64,000 nt of DNA, from assembly GCF_964204645.1 (NCBI RefSeq), contig NC_134028.1, positions 14,205,653 to 14,269,652 of the forward strand. The letters run 5' to 3'. Shown in pieces: positions 11,169 through 23,542 of the stretch (its first letter is position 1; each line of letters opens with the position of its first letter). This stretch comes from Tubulanus polymorphus (taxonomy: Eukaryota; Animalia; Nemertea). The notes under the pieces were generated by a model that had not been told where the DNA came from, searched no databases, and saw only the letters and a program-made list of their open reading frames with translations. Made by a program: the position numbers and the translations under genes.

Positions 11169-11387
11169 ATGGATGGTTTCATTCCAACTGGGAAAAGTGA
11201 TTTGAAACATTGTTTAGTTGCTGGAGGTTTAATATTAGCAGCATTATATTTTTACTATGAGAATATTTCAAAAGATTTGATGAATGAAAATAATAAATTG
11301 AGTAAAAAATTAAAGAAGTTAAATGGAAACAATCACAGAAATAGAAAGAATAAAAAAGGTAATTTAGAAAATGATTTAGAGGATTAA
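11169..11387 (+). CDS. 72-aa protein with one hydrophobic segment and a basic tail
   Basis: CLVAGGLILAALYFYY hydrophobic stretch; start context AATTTTTTTCTTAAATAAATGG matches the Polinton structural genes. Confidence 0.6.
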   Translation: MDGFIPTGKSDLKHCLVAGGLILAALYFYYENISKDLMNENNKLSKKLKKLNGNNHRNRKNKKGNLENDLED

Positions 11388-11425
11388 AACAGCATCTTTT
11401 AATTTCATATATTTTGACTATAAAA

Positions 11426-11728
11426 ATGAGTGAAAATATATTAAACTTATTACATCTAATATATAAAAATCAACAGAATATTAAATCAATTATTATGCTT
11501 ACAGGTTTATTTTCATTCTCAGTTTATAGTATAAAACAGTTGTTAGAATTCTATGATTGCTGTAAAATTAGATACACTGAATTAATAGAAAATATGAATT
11601 ATATTTCAGATAGATTGAATAATATTAAGTGTTGTGAAATTTGTAATAAAAGATATAAAAATAAAAAGAGTTTGAGAAATCATAAATATATTCATGAACT
11701 TGATGAAAAATCATATGATTCAAAATAA
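11426..11728 (+). CDS. ~100-aa protein with a hydrophobic segment and a C-terminal C2H2 zinc finger
   Basis: IIMLTGLFSFSVYSI; CEICNKRYKNKKSLRNHKYIH is a canonical C2H2 pattern. Confidence 0.7.
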   Translation: MSENILNLLHLIYKNQQNIKSIIMLTGLFSFSVYSIKQLLEFYDCCKIRYTELIENMNYISDRLNNIKCCEICNKRYKNKKSLRNHKYIHELDEKSYDSK

Positions 11729-11755
11729 GAAATCGACTTAAAAAATATTAAATAT

Positions 11756-13514
11756 AAAAAATTATTAAATTGATAAATATTTGATATTTTAGAAATATTT
11801 AACTTTTATATGTTTCAAATCGAATAACAATTAAATTTACAACCAAACAATTTAACATTTCAACAGTCAAACAATTTATCATTAAAACTGTCAAACAATT
11901 TATCATTTCAACTGTCAAACCATTTATCATTTCAACGGTCAAACAATTTATCATTTCAACTGTCAAACAATTTATCATTTCAACAGTAGAACAATTTATC
12001 ATTTCAACAGTAGAACAATTTAACATTTTAACAGTCGAACAATTTAACATTTTAACAGTCGAACAATTTAACATTTCAACAGTCGAACAATTTATCATTT
12101 CAACTGTCAAACAATTTATTATTTCAACTGTCAAACAATTTATCATTTCAACTGTCAAACAATTTATCATTTCAACTGTCAAACAATTTATCATTTCAAC
12201 TGTCAAACAATTTATCATTTCAACTGTCAAACAATTTATCATTTCAACAGTCTCTTAGATATTTAAATCATTTAACTCAATTCAATAATCATAATGTAGA
12301 ATTGTTACTCTTTACGCCAGTTTTTATGTTTAATTGTTTCATAATGCTTTGATTTATGTGATTTTAAATATTTACCTCCGCAATACCAATGCACTTTTTC
12401 ATTTGGATTGAATTTTCTAAATTCATCATCTAAATTACATTGAACTGCAATATCTTTAAATGATTTTTCATTATCTAATTCACATTGAATTCCAATATTT
12501 GATGAATTTTCGTTATAGATAATTTGTTTATTATCAAAATTGAAATAATATAATTGTCTTTTTTCAATTCTTAAGTTAATCAAATCATTGTAATCTTTTG
12601 AAAGTATTATATCATTATTTCTTTCATTGAAAGGAGTTTTAAGAATATTAATTATGTTTTCATCTAAAGTTCCTTTAAAATTTAAAACTGTATCGAATAC
12701 TTTAGGATTTTTAACACCATTATCAAAAGTATCTACTAGTTCAGTAATTAAATATGTTTCATTTGATAATATTTGATTAATCATAGTAATATTATCGATT
12801 TTATAATGTCTTGCGGACACTAAATTTGTTGCTGAAATATAATTTTTAATGTAAAACTGTGAAAATGATTTATTGGTTTCATTGATTTCGATTTTAAAAG
12901 TTGGGTTCTTCTTCTTCTGTCTTCATTTTAATAACAAAGCTTTTATTAAAATGAATCCAACACATATAAATATAAATATTCAATGATTTATGAATTATTT
13001 CACTCACACTTTACTCACACTTTTAATGTTTAAAAATCTAACTCATACAAATATAAATATTGAAATATGTTTAAAATATAAACTATTTCACTCACACTTT
13101 ACTCACACTTTTATATTCTTTTAGTTATCCATTTATTTTACTTATATTTTTACTCGAAATCTGTTAAAATATGAATTATTTCACTCACACTTTACTCACA
13201 CTTTTTCTAGCGAGTAGAAAATGAAAAATAAATTCGAGTGTGTGAGAATTATTTTTCATTTTTTATGAGTTTCCCGACTAATTCAAGTATAAATTATTAT
13301 TATTTGAATATATTTGATTATATGAAATTATGTATTGTAAATAAATCAATATGCTTTTTAAATTATTGATATCTTAGAATAAATATTTAGTTTTTAATAT
13401 AAAATGCACACGGTTATGAAAATATATTATAGTTTTAAATTACTTTTAATGTTTTGTTTTTTAATGAGCTCGACCGTTCGACCTTTGGCCTGAAAGCCTA
13501 TTATCCCTATTACT
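11756..13514 (-). repeat. Right TIR of the 4.1-kb element
   Basis: Reverse complement of 9421-11158. Confidence 0.95.
12305..12927 (-). pseudogene. TIR-encoded ~200-aa protein, right copy (1-nt frameshift near the 5' end)
   Basis: Near-identical to the left copy; one extra base in the A-run at ~12896-12899. Confidence 0.65.
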
Positions 13515-13624
13515 TATATGAATAAATTAAAGAATAATAAAGGTTAAAAATTATTACTGAGACTACAATTTCCCTATGAATATAAATTTTAAAAAATAAA
13601 ATTTGAAATATTATGGAAACTAAT

Positions 13625-13965
13625 TTATATTTCTATATACTAGAGGTACGTAAGAATCCAATAATTCTTACCTTTTTACTTTCTTGGCAAGAATCTTGGA
13701 TTCTTACGTACGTCTAGTCCATAGAAATATGAATTATTAAATGAAATATATAATAATGAATAAATTATATATTAAAACTATGTTTATAATTTATGTTTAT
13801 AATTTATGTTTATAATTTATTTTTATAATTTATGTTTATAATCTATTTTTATAATTTATGTTTATAATTTATGTTTATAATTTATATTTCTTGGCAAGGA
13901 TTCTTGGATTCTTACTTTCTTACTCATACGTCTAGTGCATAGATATATAAATATTTTTATAGATA
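13625..13965. repeat. Structured convergent intergenic region: inverted and direct repeats plus a 13-bp tandem array
   Basis: (TTTATAATTTATG)n at ~13780-13885, flanked by CTTGGCAAG..ATTCTTAC..ACGTCTAGT repeats; homolog at 40690-41020. Confidence 0.8.
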
Positions 13966-14335
13966 TATAAAACATGGCTGACCAGGCTGGTTGTGTATTA
14001 CCCCAGCTCTGATTGTAAAGGATTTTGCAAGCTAAGTACCAGGGTGATTGGTATTATTTTGACATCAGCATGTAGATGAAGTTTTGGTGATCGGTCTGGT
14101 GATAAGTTTACTTTATTACTCTAGAAGATCATGGCAAAAAAACTGTATTTTAACTGTATCTGGATCAGAAATTGGATTGGATTTATGTGACAGCTATCAA
14201 ATTGATCACTCACTCATTCACTCGCTGCCATAACTCGCTCGCTCACTCAACCTTGTGATTTTTGATGTGTGACAATCTGTGACTACACCACAACTGATAT
14301 TTACTGTATAACACTAAAACTTTTTTGTTTCGAGA

Positions 14336-15194
14336 ATGGCTACACAAACAGCAATTACTGCCTTTACACAAGGCAATGCGGATTCCTCGTTAAAAGACAC
14401 AGTGATTCCCGAAACAGTCATAACCGAAAATGTATTTAGCGATTCTTTCGCGATGGACAATACTTCTAGTTCGAATAGGAGTAATAAACGTCCGAGACAA
14501 ACCTCATCAACTAGTCAAACTGACTCGGATCTACTAACAAAAGATTACTTACATGCATATATGGAAGAGTTTAAATCTAGCTTACAAGAATCATTTAGAG
14601 AAATGTTAACGAGTGAACTGGCGCAAATGCAAAGTAAACTCATTGATATGGAAAAAAACTGTTCAGATATATGATTCAAAATGCAAAAAACTCGAAGAAG
14701 AAAATGTAGCCATGAAGGAAGACATCTTAGAACTTAAACGGAATACTGTGGCTAATAATCAGTACTCGCGTCGCCATAATCTTCGGATTTATGGTTCTTC
14801 TCTCCCAAACGTTGCAGAGGGTGAAAACTGTAGCAAAATCGTAGTGGATAAAGTCTTTTCTAAATTAAAGATACCAAAGGAAATGAAAGTTACGCAAGAT
14901 GATATTGAAGTAGCCCATCGCCTTTTCAATAGTAAATCCAATAAAGACAAACCACCAGGTATAATCGTTCGCTTCAAATACAGAGACACTAGAGATCGTG
15001 TTTTAGCTAACCGTATACATTTGAAAGGGAAGAAAATCGTGATTCAAGAGGACCTAGCTCCTGAAATCTCAAGACTTCGTGATACTGCCTCTAAAAGTGG
15101 TAAATATGAAACTGTATTCGTATCTAATGGAAAAGTATTTGGAGTCAAGAATGGTCAGAAATCCAGACTAAAGCTGTTTGAAAACTTTACATAA
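14336..15194 (+). pseudogene. LINE ORF1 (coiled coil plus RRM-like domain), frameshifted
   Basis: NQYSRRHNLRIYG, DIEVAHRL, IIVRFK and IQEDL motifs typical of L1/L2/CR1-group ORF1. Confidence 0.85.
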
Positions 15195-15215
15195 TATAAC
15201 TTTGAATTGTCACGC

Positions 15216-15390
15216 TATGTATATGTGTATTTATGCGTGTGGGTGTGTGTACGTACGCACATGCGTATGTATGTATGTGTATGCATCTATGTGTATATGT
15301 GTGAATATGTATGCATGTATGTGTATGTATATATATATGTATATGTATGTGCGTGTGTATGTATGTATCTATGTATGTATATGTTGTATA
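15216..15390. repeat. TG/TA-rich microsatellite-like tract in the LINE inter-ORF region
   Basis: Alternating purine-pyrimidine tract (TATG, TGTG units). Confidence 0.9.
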
Positions 15391-15764
15391 TCACTAATAT
15401 TGTAATAATTCAACTGCAAATAGTCTTTTTTCAAATAGATTTTTGCGATTTTCCTTTTTGATAAAGCATATAGTGCGCCTTCATTCGAGGAAAGCTTTAA
15501 CGGAAACAAATCTTCCACAAAAAGGAATCAATTACTCAGTATATATTATTAGCTAAGTTAGCTATTGTTGTCTCGGAGACACTCTGGTACTATTATGCTG
15601 CTAGTAGTTGACACCGTGTCAACGTTTCACAAAACACTTACTACAAGTGTTTATTGTTTATTTTTCATCTAATCAATCAATTTTTCGTTCATATTTATCA
15701 TCCTGTATCCATTTACAATATAATTTTTCTATATATATACATATATTTTTTTTTCTCTTGTATT

Positions 15765-18700
15765 ATGTGTCTTGGTAGTGCCGATTTTTTAAAAAAATTT
15801 CGAGCGAATGATCAAGATTTATACCTGCATAGTATAATAGATGATCAATTGTCATTTGATAATGAACGATGTCCCTATGTTGAACTTAATGAAATTGGTA
15901 GCAAATTTAAGATTAATCCATCAAACTTAAATGTCCTACAAATCAATATTCATAGTCTTACGTGTAAATTACAATAACTGAAAGTAATTATCGATAATTT
16001 AGCGAAGCAAATTATAATTCTAGATATCATCATGATCTGTGAAACCTTCATAAATGACAAAAATGCTTTATTATGTAAAATCCCTGGATATCAACTTGTT
16101 GAAAACCATAGGCTCAATACTACTGGTGGGGGTGTTGCTATATATATTAATAATAATATAAATTTTATAAATAGACCTGACCTTGATATTTTTCAGGAAG
16201 GTAAATTTGAATCATGTTTTGTCGAATTGAATTTGAATCGTAATCTAAGTAAGAAAATAATTGTTGGAGAAATTTATCGAGTTCCAGGCAATAGTGAAAT
16301 TGATTTCCTAGACAATTATGAAAACCTAATCTCGAAACTAAATGAAGAAAAATCTGAAGTAATTCTTGGAATGGACCAAAATTTAGATTACATTAAGATA
16401 AATACACATAAAAATACCTCAAAATTTCTAGATATGAACCTGGCAAATAACCTATGTCCAACAATACTGCGGCCAACAAGAGTTACGCACACAACTGCAA
16501 CGCTTATCGATAATGTTTATTAATCTCAGAGGTTGGAAACTAAACACAGGAGTGCTATTATATTGACTCATATATCAGATCACTTACCTTGCTTTGTCAC
16601 TATAGAGTGTAAAAAATCACAATCATCAAAGGAAGAATATTTTTCAAGAAATTTGAATAATAGTAATATTGAACGGATGAATAAAAAGCTTTCTGATTTA
16701 GACTGGTCTCATGTAGAAAGGCTTAATTGCAATGATTGCTATGATTTCATCACAGCTAAGAATACAGCAGTGGTAAACGACGTTTCCCCAGAATTTAAAA
16801 CTAATAGGAAAAGAAAATTAATTGAACCATGGATGACAAAATCTATTCTGAAATCTTCTACGAAAGCTGATAAAATGTTTAAAAAAGTCATGAAACTAGA
16901 TAAATCGGATGAACCATACAGAAAATACAAACTTTACCGTAACCAGCTTAATTATTTAAAAAGACACCAGAAACTGAAATTTTATACTCAGAAAATAGCT
17001 ACATACAGTAAAGATAGCGGAAAACTATGGTCTACCATTCGTGAATTAATTGGGAAATCCAATGACAAAACTTCCACCACCAATATTTTTGTTATCGATG
17101 GCAAAGAAACTAGTGACAAATTTACAATAAGTAAAGGTTTCAATACATTTTTCTCAACTATTGGTAAAAATTATGCGGAAAAAGTTCCTAAATCTAAGAA
17201 TGATTTCACCAAGTATCTTCCTAAAAAAAAATGAAAATGTTATATTTCTTTGTCCTACAAACAGTGAAGAGATATATACAATAATTAATAACTTATCACC
17301 TAAAAACAGCTGTGGCGGGGACGATAATTTAAGTAATAAGTTATTAAAACAAATTGTAATGAGCATTATTGGACCCCTCACTATTCTTTTCACTAAATCA
17401 CTCCAGGAAGGCGTATTTCCTGATAACATGAAAATAGCTAAAGTAACTCCCTTATTCAAAAATGGGAACAAAAAAAAATTAACAAATTATCGACCTATAT
17501 CATTACTCCCTGTTTTATCTGAGGTCCTTGAAAAACTTGTCAACTCACGACTCTATAGTTTCCTAACAAAATATGGTATCCTAAATCCTAGCCAATATGG
17601 CTTTAGGCCATCGCATTCTACAACGCATGCTATAACAGAATTTATAGGAAATCTAATTATAAATTTAGAAAAAAAACGGAAATCATTGGGTCTTTTTTTA
17701 TATCTATCTAAAGCTTTTGATTCTATTAGTATTGATACTCTTTTAGTAAAACTAGATCATTATGGTATTAGAGGTCATGCCTACACAGGGTTTAAAAGTT
17801 ATTTTAAAGATCGAACAATTTTTACTAAATTTAATCAAACAAGTTCGAATCAGGATGATATATCGTATGGAATACCTCAAGGTTCGGTGCTAGGCCCTCT
17901 TCTTTTCCTGATTTATGTAAATGATCTGAACAACAATTTAACCTTTACACAGGCGATTTCTTTTGCGGATGACACAAACCTGTTGATTACTAAGACATTA
18001 ATTGTCTGATCGAAGGCTTCAAAAAAGATGGTACGACTGTAATTGATTGGTTTCACTCTAATAAGTTAACTTTAAATATAGATAAAACTAAATGCATACT
18101 TTTTATGCCAAAGAAAGAAACAATACAAAAGGAGAATATCAATATCCCTTTTGGATCTGAAGCGTTAAAACTATCTGTAATTTGTAAATTTTTAGGATTA
18201 CAGATTGATGAAAACCTTACCTGGGAGCCACATGTTAAACAACTAATTAACAAATTAAATAAAAGTCTCTATCTACTAAGGAGTGTAAAGAATATTCTAC
18301 CTAGTTTGAGTAAAAAACTTATTTACAATAGTTATATACATAGCCATCTTGTGTATGCCCTTATTGTATGGGGACCTATGCTAACAGTCAAACAATCTAA
18401 CTCTATTTTCAAAATTCAAAAGAAAGCGGTTAGACTAATTAATAATTCAGCCTATAATGCACCAACAGGGCCAATATTTAAGAAATATAGTATATTGAAA
18501 TTCCAAGACCTTATAGAATTAGATCTACTGAAATTTGGATTCTGTCATCTTCATAAATTGCTTCCACAGCGAGTACTAAACCTTTTCAACATAAATGCTG
18601 AATTCCACAATTACAATACCCGTAGTCGCAATTTTACAAGAGTTCACTGTCACACGTCAAAACTTTTCCACTCCTCCTTTCTTTCGCAAGTCCCAATTGT

Positions 18701-18794
18701 CTGGCAAACCGCAAATAATAACCTACATAATGCACCTAATTTATCTTGTCTTGTATCCCGATTTAAGAAATTGACTTTCAATAGTTATTCCTGA
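15765..18794 (+). pseudogene. LINE ORF2: AP endonuclease plus reverse transcriptase, several stops/frameshifts
   Basis: APE: ICET, GGGVAIYI, LIDNVY, SDHLP. RT: NYRPISLL, QYGFR, SKAFD, GIPQGSVLGPLLFLIYVND, FADDT. C-terminal HNYNTR. Confidence 0.95.
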
Positions 18795-19324
18795 TTATAT
18801 AAATTATGTGTGGCACGATACACTCTGTCATTATTTCTTGGTTTCATACCCCAAGTATTAATTATGTGTATGCTTAAACTACATGGTAAATCACCATTAC
18901 TCCACTCAAATTAAATTATTCGTATGAATATTTACCGTTTTACTATTATGTTAATATTACTTGGTGAGTACCATTATAAGCATCTTCATGTGTTACCAAT
19001 TTTATACTTTGTTAAACAATTGTCAATATATTATCATGATTGTCAATATATCATTATATTGACATTACCATGTGTTACTATTTTGTATAACATCTATTAC
19101 TACTTATCATTCGCATTACGATGTTACTATTACTATTATCATTCTCATTATGATTGTTATTTTCAATTTATTTATATTATCATGGATGAGTCCCATCATT
19201 ATCATATGTTATATTATTGTAACTAATTCCATGATTTGTTAAATAATTACAATCATTTGTTAAACAATTATAATCAGCATAATATTATGTATTATTATTT
19301 ATTTTGTATTTTTATGATTTTGTT

Positions 19325-19500
19325 TTTTTATTATTATTATTACTGTTATCATTATCATTATCATTATCATTATCATTATCATTATCATTGTTATTATCAT
19401 TATCATTATCATTATCATTACTAATATTATTATTATTATTACTAATATTATTATTATTATTACTTTTATTATTATTATTATTATTACTTCTATAATTATT
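19325..19500. repeat. (CATTAT)n/(ATT)n microsatellite in the LINE 3' UTR
   Basis: Directly visible. Confidence 0.95.
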
Positions 19501-19654
19501 ATAATGTTTTTCAGGTGCAGTGACTTGTACAGCCTCTAGGCTTTCACTGCTTCCTTCATTTAACTGTTATTTTTCTTCACTATTGTCGTTATACTATCTT
19601 GTACTTTAAGTTAAATGAAAAATAGATTATTATTATTAAACAGTTTTATAATAA

Positions 19655-20749
19655 TTATTCTAATTTTGTTTCTAATACATTTATAAAATCATCTTTGTTT
19701 ATATCAAATTCAACAGAAGTCTTTGGCATATTTATTAATTCTATTTCACCCTCAATTCTACGTTCATCATCACTTAATCCAGCTTTTATTCTTAATTTTT
19801 CAAAGTAATCATAAGAATTATCACCATCAAAATCAAATTCAAAATCATTTATTAAATCAAATAAATCGAGGTATCCATTATACGCTAATTTATATATTTG
19901 GTCAGGATTATCTTCTGCATAAGCTAATAATTTATCAAATAACAACTTAAAGAATATATAATATTGTTTAGTTTCAGGATTAAAATATTTGATATATTTC
20001 TTTGGTTCATCTAACAATGGTAACATACCCGATTTTTTATAAACATTAATTAGATGTAATTTTGATTTATAATGAGTAATTTTATCAACAGGTTCAATTT
20101 CTTTATAACAATAATCACAAATTAATTCTTTTTCATTTTCTATGTGCCCCTTAGATTTTTTATGTTTAGAAAAATTACTTTTAGAAATATCTAGATCACA
20201 AATGTTACAACGTTTTTTAGAATCATCAATTATTTCATTATCTGTTTTATCATTATCATTAGTTTCAATTGGTTTAACATTATTCATTACATTATCTGTT
20301 ATATTATCTATGGTATCATTAGTTTCAATTGGGTTAACATTACTTATTACATTATCTTTTATATTACTAACTGATATATTATTATCATTATTATTCTTTT
20401 CTTTTTCTATATGTTTCTTTGATTTCTTATGTGATGCCCAATTTTTATATGATATAGATTTCTTACATACATCACAATATTTTGGATTATAATAATCTTT
20501 TTTTGATTCAATATCATATGTAGAGGGTATATTATAAGATGTAGATGCTGTTACATCTTCTTTTTTAGTTTCAATATTATTACTATCTTCTATTTTAGTT
20601 TCAATATTATCTTTTATTTTACTTATTCTATATTCGAATTGATTAAAGTATTCTCCAAAATACTTAATGTATACATCATAAGGTAATATATAATATATAT
20701 CTGATATCATTTCACTTGGAGTTCGTATTTCATATATTCCACCTTCCAT
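19655..20749 (-). CDS. Polinton multi-zinc-finger protein (three U1/jazz-like C2H2 motifs)
   Basis: CDVC..HKKSKKH, CNIC..HKKSKGH, CDYC..HYKSKLH; homolog at 39557-40681. Confidence 0.8.
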   Translation of the reverse strand: MEGGIYEIRTPSEMISDIYYILPYDVYIKYFGEYFNQFEYRISKIKDNIETKIEDSNNIETKKEDVTASTSYNIPSTYDIESKKDYYNPKYCDVCKKSISYKNWASHKKSKKHIEKEKNNNDNNISVSNIKDNVISNVNPIETNDTIDNITDNVMNNVKPIETNDNDKTDNEIIDDSKKRCNICDLDISKSNFSKHKKSKGHIENEKELICDYCYKEIEPVDKITHYKSKLHLINVYKKSGMLPLLDEPKKYIKYFNPETKQYYIFFKLLFDKLLAYAEDNPDQIYKLAYNGYLDLFDLINDFEFDFDGDNSYDYFEKLRIKAGLSDDERRIEGEIELINMPKTSVEFDINKDDFINVLETKLE

Positions 20750-20798
20750 TTAATATAAGATTTTTTATCAAAGTTAAAATTTTAATATTTCATAACAT

Positions 20799-22047
20799 TT
20801 AACACATAACACTATTTAATTGAGAATTTACAATATTTAATTGCGCGTCAGATATAATATAAATGTGCATTTTAAAATTTTTGATTCCTTTATTCTTTGT
20901 CATGAATAATTGTAATCCATCTTTAGTGTTCTTTAATTTTTTTCCAGAACCATGTAATGAATTATCCTCTGTTGTTCTAAAATCTAACCATAATGCGTAT
21001 TTATTCCCGGTATAATAATCAATTTGATTAATATTACAATTTTCAGATGATTTCACTTTTTCATTCATAAAATGTTTTCTAATTTCTGGCCATTGATCTA
21101 TCATTCTCATTTCTTGACAAAATATTTTATTTGCTATTCCTTCGATAGTTATTTCTACTTTTGTTATTTCAGGATTATAATAATTATCAACATTTATTGC
21201 ACCACTAGTATATGTTGCAATTGTAAAAAAATATTAATATACCTTTAATAGATCTTCTTGGGAAGTTAATATTCTCATTAATTATTTCATCATTTGCATT
21301 AATAGTTACGGTTTTAAATTTATCAATATAATCATATAATAATGAAAATCATTGATTGTATTGAGTTTGAATTATACTTGAAATATTTTCATCAGTTACT
21401 GTATCATATTCTAAACATATATTCGATAATTTATAACTCATATCTTTATTAACGCTAGATATTACAATTTCATTAACAGGAGCAAATGTTATTTCGAATA
21501 TAACGTCTTCTTGAATTGCGTATTTATATAAGGGTGCATTATTATTTATCAATTCAAAGTCTAATGGAATTTTATATTTGCTTCCATTTATACTTTTTAT
21601 CAAATTATCTATAGCATTAGTTAATATTGCATTATGTGCTTCTGATCTTAATTTATTTTGGTTTTCTGATTGGATTCATTGAAATATCATATTATTTCTG
21701 CTTTCTTTAGTTAACCATAAATCTTTATAATGCATAAATAAATTATAATCATCTAATGAGAAAACTGTTTCTGGACCAATCTTTATTGTTAATTTTTTAA
21801 TCAAATATCTTCCAACATTATCAACAACATAATTATTATTATTACCGAGTACTTTTATATCGGCTGATAAATAAATACTATTTGGAACATAAAAAGTATT
21901 TTGTGTTAATCAAGGAATTCTAACATATAAAGTTTCATCGGGATTAATATTAGAAGGGTTATGAGTAATTATATGATGTGATCTTTCTGCTTTAATAGCA
22001 TTAGATATTCTATGATTCTTAGAAGGATTGATATAACTCCCACTCAT
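20799..22047 (-). pseudogene. Putative double jelly-roll major capsid protein, disrupted
   Basis: Homologous to 38282-39524 and 55664-56910; ~410-aa beta-rich consensus. Confidence 0.7.
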
Positions 22048-22067
22048 TTATTTAACAAAAAAATTAA

Positions 22068-23526
22068 TTATTTATTTTTTATCATGTTTACTAACCCAAA
22101 AATAATAGCACTTACAACTGTAAATAAAAATAAAATAATATGTTCAGCAGCAAAGTTAATAATGTTTCCTGCAGATTTCAATATAAACCAACAATTGATG
22201 CAATAATTACTGGTAATGCTGCAGCAGATTTTTTAGATAGTTCCCATAAATATTTTGCTAATTTCTTTAAACCATCTTTAACTTTATCTTGTATAGAATT
22301 ATTATCATTCGGGGGTTTATCTGGTTTATTGGGTGTAGGTGTAGATTTTAAAGCATTTGATATAGCTTAACCAATTGTTGTAAATACCATAGTTACAGCT
22401 GTTAGAATTGAAAGAATTGTTATTCCTTCTAATTTAAATAATAATTTTATTCTATCTTTCAATGATATTTCAGAATTTGGTTTTATTAGATATCTTTTAA
22501 AAACATCTTTTAACCTTTTAAAATTATTACTAAATTCGTTTAATAATATATCTCTTTCACCTTTTTGTACTTCTAAATTATCTTTTAAATTATCAATTTC
22601 TTTTTCTAAACGTAATTCTTTTTGCCTATATTCCATTTCACCAATTGATTGATGGTCTAAATCAGACTTTAGTTGTTCTATCTCTTTATTTTTATCAGTT
22701 AATTCTTTTTCTAAAGTTCTAATTTTAATATCTCTTATACTTTCATTATGTGCAATTTTATCAGCTTCATTTCTTATACTAATAATTTCTCTAATTGCTT
22801 CATCAGAAAATATATTTAAATCTTCTAATTCTTGATCTGTTGCATCAAGTAACCCATTTTGTAAAAATTTTCAGTTTGATCTTCGGTTGATTTAACTTTA
22901 CTAGTTTTGAAATTATTAGCTTCTTTATGAATTGTTTTTGGTCTTAAATTTTCATTAATTATCTTCAAAAAATCATTATTTCTTCGATTAAATTCTCTTC
23001 TATTTAGAGTTATATCTTGTTCTGTAACATCAGTTATAACATCATTAATGATTTTCTTAATTCTAGATTGTTCTAATTTAATAAAAGTTGGTCTTGTTAT
23101 TATTTTATCGGGATTTTTATTAGAAGAAATCTTAAAATAATAGTCATCTTTCAATTTCCAATAATAATCACCCTTTAAATATTTCAAATCTTTGACTAAA
23201 TAATTCGCACCTTTATTTGTTATATTGAAACCAGATTTTTTTAATATTGGTTTAAATTTGTCAGTTAAATTGTCATATTCTAATTCTTTTTTTAATAAAT
23301 CTGGATTTTCATTTTCAATATTTATCTTTGAACGTGTTTTACTAACATATTCATCTGTTGATGGGGCGTTAGAACCAGAAGTTGTTACTGGTAAATTAGT
23401 ATTATATGTTGTATCATTATCATTATCAATATTAGTATCAGCAGTCACATAATCATCATTGTTAGTATTGACATCATTATTATTTCCCATTTCTCCCATT
23501 TCATAATCTTCTCCGCCTTCTGCCAT
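22068..23526 (-). pseudogene. MAEGG-type coiled-coil/membrane protein, disrupted
   Basis: Conserved C-terminus LKDRIKLLFKLEGITILSILTAV...AAALP; variable N-terminus. Confidence 0.75.
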
Positions 23527-23542
23527 TTACATAATAAAAAAA

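Larger units (their letters stand above)
9421..13514. mobile_element. Non-autonomous 4.1-kb element with Polinton-type termini and ~1.75-kb TIRs (candidate Polinton satellite)
   Basis: Begins AGTAATAGGGATAATAGG and ends CCTATTATCCCTATTACT. Perfect 6-bp TSD TATATG (9415-9420 and 13515-13520). Splits the ATPase gene. No integrase, PolB or capsid gene. Confidence 0.95.
13972..19636 (+). mobile_element. Full-length non-LTR retrotransposon, CR1/L2 group (Crack/L2-like), degenerate
   Basis: ORF1 plus APE-RT ORF2 and a 3' end with a short (ATT)n tail. The flanks rejoin into the uninterrupted Polinton sequence seen at 40681-40740. Confidence 0.92.

Noticed and set aside
9421-13514. Giant inverted repeat as an assembly artefact
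   Set aside because: The arms differ by substitutions and indels, the core is unique, and a perfect 6-bp TSD splits an otherwise continuous ATPase gene.
13965-13976. Target-site duplication for the LINE
   Set aside because: Only a 4-5 nt A-rich overlap (TAAA/AAACA), indistinguishable from microhomology.
15178-15461. Cys/Val/Tyr-rich ORFs, and similar ORFs at 18924-19495
   Set aside because: Translations of microsatellite tracts in LINE non-coding regions.
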